A stretch of 64,000 nt of DNA from the NCBI GenBank assembly GCA_963726215.1, contig CAVSBU010000017.1, forward strand, positions 29,265 through 93,264. Direction: 5' to 3'. Positions 42,841-51,881 of the stretch are shown piece after piece; the stretch's first letter is position 1, and each line of letters begins with the position of its first letter. The notes under the pieces are model-generated. The model made no database searches. It saw only the letters and a program-made list of their open reading frames with translations, and was not told where the DNA came from. This DNA is from an uncultured Chloroflexia bacterium (GTDB taxonomy: Bacteria; Chloroflexota; Dehalococcoidia; GIF9; UBA5629). Both the position numbers and the translations under genes were made by a program.

Positions 42841-42940
42841 GTTATTGCGATGGGCACAAGCCCCGAAGCAATCTCTAAGACTACTTCGCGGTGTTTACTC
42901 TGAGCCAGATTCTTCGCTGCGCTCAGAATGACAAGACGAA
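42841..42940. repeat. second locus of the TGTCATTCTGAG palindromic repeat family
   Basis: CTCTGAGCCAGATTCTTCGCTGCGCTCAGAATGACA ends at 42933, with CTCAGAATGACA at 42922-42933. It is preceded by the hairpin ATTGC-N-GCAAT. It lies in the fprA / hypothetical-gene spacer, and the listed ORF 42816..43064 is read-through of this element. Confidence 0.5.
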
Positions 42941-42957
42941 GAACCCGCCGTAACAAG

Positions 42958-44143
42958 TTAAGCAAAGCCCTGCTCTTTGTGCTTCTGGGCAATGGTTTCA
43001 GCCAGATTTTCCAAAGCTTGGAAATCAGCTTCTCTGGGATAACCTTTAGCCAGCACGGGGTCAAATATTTCCACCTTCAAGTTTGGCATTAATGCTGTCA
43101 ATGTCTCAACTGTCTTGCCTCCCCAACCGTAGGAACCAATAATAGTGGCAAATTTGAGATTCGGTCTGAGGGCATTTGCCAGGAAAACAGCATAGACAGC
43201 ATTGGGATGTGGTCCGGCAAGGACAGTAGGCACACCGACTACAATGGTCGCCGCATCCACCAGATGCCATCGCCAGTTTGCCGAGGTCGGTGACCGTGAG
43301 GTCGAACTGCTTCACCGTCACCCCCCTTTGAGCTAAAGCTCCAACAAAATATGCCACCATGCTACGGGTGCTACCATGCATCGAGACATAAGGCAGCACC
43401 ACAATGTTCTTAGGCTCATCAAATGCCCAGCTATGATAAGCTTTGATAATAAATTCTGGTTTATCGTGCATAGGCCCGTGGCTGGGGGCAATGATATCAA
43501 CCGGATAGTCCTTAATCTTCTCCAGATTTTTCTGGATATTAGTTCGGAAGGGCATCATGATTTCGGCATAATATCTCTTGGCTGACTCGTACACCTGACC
43601 TTCGTCGGTCACATACAGGTCACTTGCTGCCAGATGGGAACCGAAGAAATCACAGGTGAACAGTATCTTCTCCTCTCTCAAATAGGTCAGCATCGTCTCC
43701 GGCCAGTGAACCCAGGGAGCATAGATGAACTCCAGTGTCCTGTCTCCCAGCGAAATGGTCTCCTTGTCCTCGACAGTTATGAACCTGTCCTCTGGAATCA
43801 GGAGCAGGTCTATAAGCATCCCCTTACATCGGGGATTACAGACAACCTTCGCCTTAGGATATTTCTCAAGGACAACGGGAATACTGCCCGAATGGTCCTG
43901 CTCAGCGTGATGGGCAATTAAATAATCTATGTTTTTGACTTTAAGCGTGTCCAGGTAATCTATCAGCACTTGTGTCATAGTCGGGTCTACGGTGTCTATA
44001 AGAGCCGTTTTTTCACTTCCCTTTATCAGATATGAGTTGTAGCTGGTGCCATCGGGAAGCGGTATAAGAGAATCAAACAGCCGCCTGTCCCAGTCAACTG
44101 CCCCTACGAAGTAAATTCCACGCCTTATTTCTCTTGGTTTCAT
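42958..44143 (-). CDS. fprA: flavodiiron protein (FprA-type O2/NO reductase), frameshift near 43265
   Basis: Metallo-beta-lactamase-like N-terminus with HHAEQDHSG (the H-x-E-x-D-H diiron motif). The flavodoxin-like C-terminus (TIVVGVPTVLAGPHP...IGSYGWGG) lies in the neighbouring frame. Confidence 0.85.
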
Positions 44144-44155
44144 CTTACCCCTCCA

Positions 44156-45366
44156 CTAATATTCCAGAAGTCTTTTTTCACCCTTAATCTTCTTTATGTC
44201 CGTGATATCCTGAGTGACCTCCAAACAACCCAGATAATCGTCCGCCTTTGCGAACAGCAAAGTAGCGAATATAAATCAATTTGCCCTTCAGATTAATCCA
44301 GAACTGGGCTACGTCCTTGCTTGCCGCTTTTGAAGTCCTCCAATATCTGATTGACAACATGCACGCTTTTTTGAGGATGGCACTGCTGGACCTTAGTCCG
44401 ATAATAGCTTTAGCTCTGGGGAAAATCCTATCCTTAGACTGGCTGAAATAGCGTACCGTGTCATCTTTGTCCACAAAAGTCACATCCACCGGTAAGTATT
44501 TAATATTGCTTCAATCTCCTCTCCGGACAAGGCTGCCAGTTTCAAAAGAAACCATGCCTTTCACCTCCGATTTAATAGACCGGCCTTCCGATCTCTCCAA
44601 AGGCAACCTTCGCCGGCTCAGGAGTAAAACAGCAATAGCCCAGTTCATCAAACTGATGCCTGATATCAAGCCACTCGCTTTCCCCGATAACCTCCAGGGC
44701 AGCCGGAAACAGAATATTGTTTTCCTTATAAAAATGGCTTGACAACATTTCAGCCAGAGCCAGTGCCACTGCATCCAGTTGTGCCGGCAAAATCCTCAAA
44801 AGCCATTAATCTTATAGCTATCAACTATCCGGTAAACACTCTTCTTTATATCTCTTATTTTGTCATGTTCCATCCACATAACTGCCGGCGGTTCCTTAAT
44901 GCCGTGCTTCTCCAGCGACGGGAAAAGAACGTTCTCCTCTCGCACATAGTGACTGTCTGAATCCCTGAGATGCTTAACGATATGGTTCAACTGGTCCATC
45001 TTGTCGCCGGCCGAAGCCAAACCCTTGGCTCCCTTCATCCCCTTGGCCACATTCTTAAGCTCATCGGCAAACTGTAAGAGCATTTTGTGCTCTTCCATAA
45101 GAATGCGGATGGGATGCCCGGCAGGTGCTAGAGGCCCTTCTTTTTCAAACGATTCTTTAAGTATAGCCAGATGAATATCGCAGAATTTCTGTATCTCCTC
45201 CCTGGGCATTCCCTCTTTTACCAGCTCATCCTCTACCTTTGCCATCTCAGTCGGTGGAATGTCTCCTAGTGTTCTTCTGGCATTCCTTTTTTATCTGCTC
45301 CGGGTCGGCACCTTCATGCAGCCGCTTGAGCAAACCCTTTAAGACTTGCTTTCTGTCTTCCGCCAT
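44156..45366 (-). CDS. DUF438 / hemerythrin-HHE / PAS-domain protein (several frameshifts)
   Basis: MAEDRKQVLKGLLKRLHEGADPEQIKKE (DUF438-like). HPIRILMEEHKMLL, HYVREENVLFP and FYKENNILFPAALE (hemerythrin HHE motifs). The C-terminus is VTFVDKDDTVRYFS...YLGCLEVTQDITDIKKIKGEKRLLEY (PAS-like). Confidence 0.7.
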
Positions 45367-45379
45367 AGTTACAGTCCTC

Positions 45380-46066
45380 TTAATCTAGCTTCTCAAACTG
45401 GTCTTTGCTGGCGCCACACACCGGACATACCCAATCGTCAGGTAGCTTTTCAAAAGGCGTACCAGGTTTTATATTACCATCAGGGTCTCCGAGCTCAGGA
45501 TTATAAATATACCCACAAACTGAACACTTGTATTTTGCCATTTTAGTTGCTGCCTCCTTTTTCTCTTCGATATAAGTCGGTGCTGTCTTCGGTGTGGTGC
45601 CCCTCTTGACCTGATGATAATAGGCATAGGTCATCAGCTCGCCCTCTTTGATTACATCCGCTGCCACAATTTCTCCGACAAAGATGGTGTGGGTGCTAAC
45701 GTCCATTTGATTAATCACCTTCGCCTCAAGATAAGCCAGGGTATTGTCAAGTACTATGGGAACACCGGTCTCACCCATCTTATAATTTACGCCTTTGAAT
45801 TTATCCACATCCCGACCCGACTTGAAACCAAAGCTGCCAATGAAACTTAAAGGCGTGTCCTGAGACAGAATCGACACCGTAAACACTTTGCTTGCCGAAA
45901 CAAACTCATTGGTTAGATTTTGCTTATTCAGAGCCGCAGCGATAATAGGTGGTTCGGAGCAAACCTGAAAGACTGTATTGGCAATCTGGCCGTTGAACTT
46001 GCCATCTTTTTTGGAACAGACAACATACAAACCATAACTGAGCTTGTAAAGCGCTTGCAGATTCAT
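45380..46066 (-). CDS. flavin reductase-like domain fused to rubredoxin (high-molecular-weight rubredoxin type)
   Basis: 228 aa. N-terminus [25 protein letters not shown] (FMN-binding split barrel). The C-terminus [18 protein letters not shown]...[12 protein letters not shown] has the rubredoxin CxxC...CPxCG motifs. Confidence 0.8.
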   Translation of the reverse strand: MNLQALYKLSYGLYVVCSKKDGKFNGQIANTVFQVCSEPPIIAAALNKQNLTNEFVSASKVFTVSILSQDTPLSFIGSFGFKSGRDVDKFKGVNYKMGETGVPIVLDNTLAYLEAKVINQMDVSTHTIFVGEIVAADVIKEGELMTYAYYHQVKRGTTPKTAPTYIEEKKEAATKMAKYKCSVCGYIYNPELGDPDGNIKPGTPFEKLPDDWVCPVCGASKDQFEKLD

Positions 46067-46150
46067 AATTTACTCCTCTCCCATTTTGCAGCGTCGAAAG
46101 GACTACGGTCTGTTACGGACCCGTCTAAAATCTTTTTTCCGGGATACTAT

Positions 46151-46687
46151 TTAGCCGCCATCCAGTGAATGGTGTTCTGCTTTGCGGAAATAGCCCGCCG
46201 GGTCAATCAGGTATTCTCGATAGTCAACCAGAGTCAGATAGTGGCCTTCCTCTTCGGCAGCCAGGGCCGAATACAGTTTCTTCTCGGCGTCATAGGCCGC
46301 TTTCTGGTCCTGGTTGTTGTAGAATTCCCGAGTTTTGTTCTCCATTTCCATAGCCTTGGCTATGCTATCAAGTTCAGTGCTGGTTGCTTTCACAGTGGGC
46401 GCGGCCACCTTCATCTCTTTGGAAAATATGGTGTCAAGTATGGCACCCTTACGATGTTGAATGCTGACCTCAGGCCAGGCCTTTTGCTTTCTTATAGCGT
46501 TATATATGCCTCCAAATATCCGCCGGTGCTTATCTTCCTCAGCCGCCAGCCACTCAAAAAGCTCTCTGCCAACCTTGTTATCACTCTGTCGACTGGCTTT
46601 CTGGTAGTATTCTTTGCCATCGATTTCCATCTGAATAGCGAATTTAATCGCTTCTAAAGTCTTGCTTTGTTCTTCCTTCATTATCAC
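46151..46687 (-). CDS. rubrerythrin-like ferritin-fold diiron protein (no rubredoxin domain)
   Basis: 178 aa. MEIDGKEYY, AAEEDKHRRIF, MEMENKTREFY, and AAEEEGHYLTL (E / ExxH twice). Confidence 0.75.
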   Translation of the reverse strand: MIMKEEQSKTLEAIKFAIQMEIDGKEYYQKASRQSDNKVGRELFEWLAAEEDKHRRIFGGIYNAIRKQKAWPEVSIQHRKGAILDTIFSKEMKVAAPTVKATSTELDSIAKAMEMENKTREFYNNQDQKAAYDAEKKLYSALAAEEEGHYLTLVDYREYLIDPAGYFRKAEHHSLDGG

Positions 46688-46713
46688 GCCTGTTTATATG
46701 GTACATAACCACG

Positions 46714-46944
46714 CTATTTTGTCTTTTTTACATACGCCCGAAAGACCCCGCCTTCCTCTTCTATGCCCAGGCATTCGTTGCCTGTAGTCTTGCACCAGTT
46801 GGGGATATCCTCCTTTATACCCTTATCATCAGCTAGAACTTCCAACACCTGCCCCGGTTTTAACTGCTTCATTTTTTGAGCGGTTTTAGCAATGGGCATG
46901 GGACAATAAAGTCCGAGGCAATCCAGAGTCTCGTCTGCTTTCAT
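46714..46944 (-). CDS. tusA: TusA-family sulfurtransferase
   Basis: The likely start is ATG at 46944 (MKADETLDCLGLYCPMPIAKT) after AGGAGAGAAAGG. The CPxP motif is present. The longer listed N-terminus overlaps the upstream small ORF. Confidence 0.75.
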   Translation of the reverse strand: MKADETLDCLGLYCPMPIAKTAQKMKQLKPGQVLEVLADDKGIKEDIPNWCKTTGNECLGIEEEGGVFRAYVKKTK

Positions 46945-46973
46945 CCTTTCTCTCCTAAATAGTAATCTTTGTC

Positions 46974-47165
46974 TTACTTTTTTCGCCCCTTCTTCAGCGG
47001 TGCGCCACATTCAGGGCATTTAGTAGCTTTGTCATCCAGCACCATCATCTGGCAGCTGACACAATAGCTGATGACTGATCCACAAGCCTGACAGAAGGGA
47101 CAGCTAGCGATAACCAGCTCCTCTTCGCAGTAAGGACAAAGACAGCTATTCTCTTCTTGGCTTTC
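46974..47165 (-). CDS. possible Cys-rich zinc-ribbon mini-protein (no canonical start in frame)
   Basis: The open frame reads ESQEENSCLCPYCEEELVIASCPFCQACGSVISYCVSCQMMVLDDKATKCPECGAPLKKGRKK, with five CxxC pairs. No ATG, GTG or TTG lies in frame, so the start is probably lost to an indel. Confidence 0.3.
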   Translation of the reverse strand, partial: ESQEENSCLCPYCEEELVIASCPFCQACGSVISYCVSCQMMVLDDKATKCPECGAPLKKGRKK

Positions 47166-47174
47166 TTAGCTTTA

Positions 47175-47615
47175 TTAACTGACTTCACATTCTTCTCCTT
47201 CTTCATCACCTTCTCCTTTCTCTTCTAGACCTTCGATTTTGATTCCCTTCTTTTTGGCATAATCACGAATTGCTTGTTGTAGGGCTTGAGCCCCCAAATT
47301 AGAGCAATGATATTTGTTCTTGGGCAAGCCTTCCAATTCTTTGGCTACCAGGCTGGGTGTGATTTTAACCGCCTCCTCCAGCGTTTTACCTTTTGCCATC
47401 TCGCTGGTAATGCTGGAAACGGCCACCGCAGCCCCACAGCCGAAGGTCTGAAATTTGACGTCTTCAAGACGGTTATCCTTTACCTTGATATAAAACGTCA
47501 TCATATCCCCGCACACCGGGTTGCCTACTTCACCAATGCCGTCAGCATCTTTAATCTCCCCGACATTGCGGGGGTTCATAAAATGGTCCATCACTTTTTC
47601 ACTATATGCCGGCAT
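47175..47615 (-). CDS. iscU: Fe-S cluster assembly scaffold IscU/NifU N-terminal-domain protein
   Basis: 146 aa. NPRNVGE, GNPVCGDMM, FQTFGCGAAVA, and KYHCSNLG (three ligand Cys), with an acidic tail. Confidence 0.9.
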   Translation of the reverse strand: MPAYSEKVMDHFMNPRNVGEIKDADGIGEVGNPVCGDMMTFYIKVKDNRLEDVKFQTFGCGAAVAVSSITSEMAKGKTLEEAVKITPSLVAKELEGLPKNKYHCSNLGAQALQQAIRDYAKKKGIKIEGLEEKGEGDEEGEECEVS

Positions 47616-47621
47616 ATCACT

Positions 47622-48825
47622 TCACCCCCTCTTTTCTTTCATGAATTTAGCATATAAGGGAGACATCTGCCTCAATCTATCCACAATAGGAGGCAACTTC
47701 TCCAATACGTAATCTATATCCGCCTCGTCATTGTCCACCCCCAGGCTAAAAAGCAAGGAGCCCTGGGCAATTTCGTGCGGAATACCCATGGCAATAAGCA
47801 CGTGGGAGGCTTTCAAAGCTTTGGAGGTGCAGGCTGAGCCGCTGGAGACAGCGATGCCCTGGCTGTTGAGCAGCAGCAGCATGCCTTCACCTTCAATAAA
47901 CTCAACGCAAAAGCTGGCATGTTGGGGAAGACGCTGAGTCGGATGACCGGTAAGAAATGTATGGTCAATTGCCGCCGGTAGGCCATTGATTAGCCTGTCT
48001 CTCAGCCGGACAAACTTTTCCATGCGCGACGGCATGTCTCTCACGGCCAGTTCAGCAGCTTTGCCCATACCCACAATAGCCGGTACATTTTCCGTGCCCG
48101 GCCTCCGCCCACCTTCCTGCACTCCGCCGTCCATTAACGGTATAAGACGAACCCTCTTGCGTACCCACAAGGCTCCTGAACCCTTAGGCCCATAAAATTC
48201 ATTTCCGGCCAGGCTCAAGGCATCTGCTCCCAGCTTATTCACATCAACGGGTATACTACCTGTGCTGGCAACAGCATCTGTGTGAAATAACACGCCAGCC
48301 TCTTTAACCTTCTTAGCTATCTCGGCGATAGGCTCGATAGTGCCCACTTCTCCGTTGGCATGCATCACCGACACCAGTATGGTGTCTTTCTTAATATTTC
48401 TGGCTACTTCATCGGGGTCGACAAGCCCGTATTTATCCACCGGCACCTCGGTAATCTCAAAGCCAGCCTTCTCCAAAGTTCTGGCAGCATGGAGCACCGA
48501 AAAATGCTCGACTGCCGAGATAATTATGTGCTTCCCCTTTGCCATCTGGCCCTTGAGCCAGCCCTTTAAGCGCCAGATTATTAGCTTCGCTGCCGCTGGA
48601 GGTGAAAATTATTTCTTCAGCATCGCCACCGATGAGGGCGGCGACCTGCTCTCGAGCTTTTTCTATGGCTTCCCTGGCTTCATCGCCCCAGGAATGGATT
48701 GACTGGGGGTTTCCGTATACCTCCCGAAAATAAGGCAACATCGCCTCCAGCACCTCAGGCAATACCGGCGTGGTAGCCATATTATCCAGATAAACTCTTC
48801 TTCCCGGCTTCTTCTCATTCCCCAT
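47622..48825 (-). CDS. nifS: cysteine desulfurase (NifS/IscS class), frameshift near 48545
   Basis: [43 protein letters not shown], and SSGSACTS (active-site Cys). The chosen start is ATG at 48825 ([14 protein letters not shown]) after GGGAGA. Confidence 0.85.
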
Positions 48826-49709
48826 TAACGTATCTCCCGTTACTTGCCAGATTGTCTTCTTTACCGCCTGATATCTGGCCAGTCCCTCATTAAACAACCT
48901 TTCCTCTTCTTCAGTAATCACAATAAGCGGTGGAACGCGCCACAGGTTTACCCTTGTTGTCCGTGGCCACCATTATATAGTGGGCCGTCATAGCCTGTCG
49001 CCGTTCCCCGGTGCTAAGGTCCTCGGCATCGATTTGTACCCATACCTCCATAGATGTGTGACCTACGAAAGTCAGCTTGGCATGAATTAGCACCAGGTCA
49101 CCGACGTGAACGGGGTTAAGGAAGCGGATATTGTGCACCGTGCCGGTTACCGGATTAGCCTGACTGTGCCGGGCAGCTACCACACCGGCAGCATTGTCCA
49201 TCATTTTCATCAGTTCGCCGCCATGAACCACACCGGCTGGATTACTGTGATGCGGTAACATAAGCTCCGCCATCTCAACCGCCGAATGCCCCACGGTCTT
49301 ACCCTTCAATTCCTTCTTCTCATCCAGCGCCTCTATTAGCTGCTTGAAATTTTCTTCATGTCTCTGTTCCACCTTGCCCATCCGGCGAAAGAAATCAGCG
49401 ATGTCATTAAAGCCTTCTTCCTCAGCTATTTGTGCCGCCTCAGGATACAACCTGCTGGCTTCTTCATGCTCACGGCCGATAGCCAGCTTTAGATTCGCCG
49501 CCGTATTACCTAAGCCGCCAAGAAATTTAAACTCATGCTCGGCGTGTTCGGCTTCATTCTGGGCTGTGGTCAAAAACATATCAGCTATCTGGTCTAAGTC
49601 CAGCTTCTCTGGCAGCCTTGGAGAAGTATGAATAGACAGCATGAACATGTACCTCTCTGGCAAATGCCTTGCGTAAGCTGTCCTCGGTCCTGCTTCCTTT
49701 CAGTCTCAT
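48826..49709 (-). CDS. rubrerythrin-like diiron domain fused to hotdog-fold acyl-CoA thioesterase (two frameshifts; 3' end uncertain)
   Basis: ATG at 49709 after [26 protein letters not shown].., [12 protein letters not shown] and VEQRHEENF (ExxH twice). In the same frame follow [36 protein letters not shown]...[10 protein letters not shown] (thioesterase). The tail [14 protein letters not shown] lies in the next frame. Confidence 0.65.
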
Positions 49710-49802
49710 AATTCTCTCCTCTATTGACTGATATGCCACTACTTAAAATCAAGCAAGCTTCAACGTACCTGTACCGCTATTACGGCTGCCCACAAACCCT
49801 GT

Positions 49803-50039
49803 CTAAATGTTCAGTTTCTCCTTCAGCCATTTCTCGTTGTAGCCGACAGAAACCTCGCCATCGATGTCGATGACCGGCACCACAAATTTACCTGTCTTGT
49901 TTACCATCTCATCGCGGGCAACCTTGTCTCTGGCAACATCAAGATATTTATAAAGGATTTTGTTTTCGTCCAGCAACTGCCTGACCTTAATGCACCAGGG
50001 TCAGGTAGCGGTAGAATAGACTTTAACCTCTTTCGCCAT
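49803..50039 (-). CDS. glutaredoxin/NrdH-like thioredoxin-fold protein with in-frame TGA (candidate selenocysteine, U13)
   Basis: GGAGGCGAA RBS. MAKEVKVYSTAT-TGA-PWCIKVRQLLDENKILYKYLDVARDKVARDEMVNKTGKFVVPVIDIDGEVSVGYNEKWLKEKLNI (78 codons, no frame change). The TGA (50001-50003) sits exactly at the first Cys of the CPWC redox motif. A 7-bp hairpin CCUGACC/GGUCAGG spans the UGA. Confidence 0.7.
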
Positions 50040-50351
50040 TTCGCCTCCTCTAATCTTACTTCTATGACAGGTGCTTATGGCCACCCGTCTTCGTTAAACT
50101 AAAAAAGCCGCCGGCACAACTGACCGACAGCTTCGTTTAAATGCTTATTTCCGAAAGCGACATAGAGCATTTTTAGTCGAAAACATCGCCCGCCCACAAC
50201 GATACTCAGCCAACCCGACGGCTGGTTCCACAATAAATATAGGCAGGCTAAACCTCATTGTCAAGCAAATATAATCTATGTCTATGTGACCTTTCCCGAT
50301 TAATTTAGGATATTATGCCCCGTCTATCGTAAAATAGTCGTAAAATCAATA

Positions 50352-50384
50352 GCCCAAAAGTTAAAAACTTATAACATTTTGGGC
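50352..50384 (-). terminator. hairpin downstream of the fur operon (putative terminator)
   Basis: GCCCAAAAGTTA-AAAACTTA-TAACATTTTGGGC has arms of 12-13 nt with one bulge. On the transcribed (minus) strand it is followed by TATTGATTTT. Confidence 0.4.
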
Positions 50385-50406
50385 GGTTATATAAATTACC
50401 TTTGAC

Positions 50407-50577
50407 TTAAACCTGTTTTCTCAGCTTCTCCACGCCGCATTGCGTATTTTGAGTCGCTTTAACCTTGGCCCTTATCTCCGCCAGAAGCTCCCATGCCGCT
50501 TTCTCGTCATGGTCAATAATAGCCTGTTCCAGTCTGGTTACCTGCTGCTCATCCAATGTTATTACTGCTTTGGGCAT
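50407..50577 (-). CDS. small hypothetical protein translationally coupled to fur
   Basis: Below the track cut-off. Its ATG overlaps the fur stop (TGATG). MPKAVITLDEQQVTRLEQAIIDHDEKAAWELLAEIRAKVKATQNTQCGVEKLRKQV (56 aa, predicted helical). Confidence 0.5.
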   Translation of the reverse strand: MPKAVITLDEQQVTRLEQAIIDHDEKAAWELLAEIRAKVKATQNTQCGVEKLRKQV

Positions 50578-50972
50578 CAACTTCCTCCTACAGCCTCAAC
50601 TAACTGACACTCCAGGCACAGCCCGTAAAATTCCAGTCGATGATATATTATTCTGAAGCCAGTTCTCCGGGCAGCTATTTTGTCCATCTCTGAATTCACC
50701 GGCTCATCGACATCGAAGACCTGACCACACTTTTCACATCTGAAATGATAATGATTATCGCTTCTGGCATCGAACCGGCTTAAACTACCGCATAAGACCA
50801 GCTCCAATATCTCGCCACTCTCGCATAATAGCCTGAGGTTCCGATACACCGTCCCTAAACTGATATTAGGTATCTCTTTCCTTACCTCGTTATAAACCCA
50901 ATCAGCCGTCGGATGAGAGGTCGTGCCTCTCAAAACCTCAAGTATGGCTTCCTTCTGTCTGGTTTTCCTCAT
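50577..50972 (-). CDS. Fur-family transcriptional regulator (PerR/Fur-like)
   Basis: 131 aa. RKTRQKEAILEVL...HPTADWVYNEV...ISLGTVYRNL (wHTH), HYHFRCEKCG...GLCLEC (structural Zn CxxC pairs). It sits in an oxidative-stress context. Confidence 0.85.
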   Translation of the reverse strand: MRKTRQKEAILEVLRGTTSHPTADWVYNEVRKEIPNISLGTVYRNLRLLCESGEILELVLCGSLSRFDARSDNHYHFRCEKCGQVFDVDEPVNSEMDKIAARRTGFRIIYHRLEFYGLCLECQLVEAVGGS

Positions 50973-50987
50973 CTCTTTATTAGTAAT

Positions 50988-51031
50988 AGTTATCGTTAAC
51001 TGAATTATACCTCAAAATTCGCAATTGTCAA
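50988..51031 (-). promoter_or_regulatory. near-consensus promoter plus palindromic operator candidate upstream of fur
   Basis: On the minus strand: TTGACA (51026-51031), 16-nt spacer, TATAAT (51004-51009). The 14-bp palindrome AGTTAtCGtTAACT (50988-51001, one central mismatch pair) overlaps the predicted transcription start. Confidence 0.45.
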
Positions 51032-51051
51032 GGTTTTCTATTCGGAACCGC

Positions 51052-51453
51052 TCATTTTTTAGGTTTAACAATAAGCCTCAGGCCTTCCATGCCGACAACC
51101 TCAACTTCATCGCCCACTCCTAACTCCGATTCGTTGCATATCGCCTTCCACAGCACGCCCTGGACTTTAACATAGCCCTCCGGCGCCAGCGGCCTGGTCA
51201 CCCTGCCTTCACTGCCGATAATATTTTCCGCCGCCACCTTCGGCCTTATGAAGAAGGTCTGCCTGCCAACCCGGTACATGACACCGGAATATATAGCTAA
51301 GGCTATCATCAAAATAGCCAGACCCCACAGCGGTATATTTACATTGAAAAAATGTGGCAGCAGCCACAGGACAACAGCCGCCAGCAGAATTTCCTCCAGC
51401 ATCCAGCTTAAAACGGCTTGCAACGTATACCACAGCGGCGGTCTAGTTTTCAT
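51052..51453 (-). CDS. NfeD-family membrane protein
   Basis: 133 aa. Three N-terminal hydrophobic helices, then a C-terminal OB-like GSEGRVTRPLAPEGYVKVQGVLWKAICNESELGVGDEVEVVGMEGLRLIVKP. Confidence 0.7.
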   Translation of the reverse strand: MKTRPPLWYTLQAVLSWMLEEILLAAVVLWLLPHFFNVNIPLWGLAILMIALAIYSGVMYRVGRQTFFIRPKVAAENIIGSEGRVTRPLAPEGYVKVQGVLWKAICNESELGVGDEVEVVGMEGLRLIVKPKK

Positions 51454-51468
51454 TTGAAGCTCCCACCT

Positions 51469-51759
51469 CTACTCCGCGCTATACCGTCCTTCACCGCATA
51501 GAAAGGCACAATTGGGACAATATCTCGAGTCAGCGGGAACATCAGCCCCGCAATTCGGACAGCTGGCGTTTAACTTTACACCGCAACTGCCGCAGTATTT
51601 ATAATCAGGCGGGTTCTGTGAACTGCATTTCGGGCAGGTCTTCTCCGACTGCTGCGCCCCTGCTGCCAGCCGTGCCCCGCAAACCATGCAGAACCGATAG
51701 CCCATAATATTCTCTTCTCCACACTTGGGGCAGAGAAATGTTTCTACCACGTTAGGCAC
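51469..51759 (-). CDS. double zinc-ribbon protein
   Basis: 96 aa with repeated CPKCG/CxxCG units (CPKCGEEN..CMVCG, CPKCSSQN..CGSCG, CPNCGADV..CPNC). Confidence 0.6.
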   Translation of the reverse strand: MPNVVETFLCPKCGEENIMGYRFCMVCGARLAAGAQQSEKTCPKCSSQNPPDYKYCGSCGVKLNASCPNCGADVPADSRYCPNCAFLCGEGRYSAE

Positions 51760-51881
51760 ACTCCATACTCGTATATACCCATATTGTGTTAAAAAACAAT
51801 ACCAATTTTAGCCGTTTGTAGACCACATCTCAAGACAAATAATTAAACACAAGAGACAACATTTTAGGGTCGCAAGAATTG

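Noticed and set aside
48826-48921. In-frame fusion of the thioesterase tail to NifS, since listed ORF 48457..48921 reads ITEEEERLF...[20 protein letters not shown] without a stop.
   Set aside because: NifS homologues start close to the RVYLDN motif, and a GGGAGA RBS precedes the internal ATG at 48825. With frequent indels, a missing stop in 100 nt is weak evidence. I treated them as two genes with an uncertain boundary.
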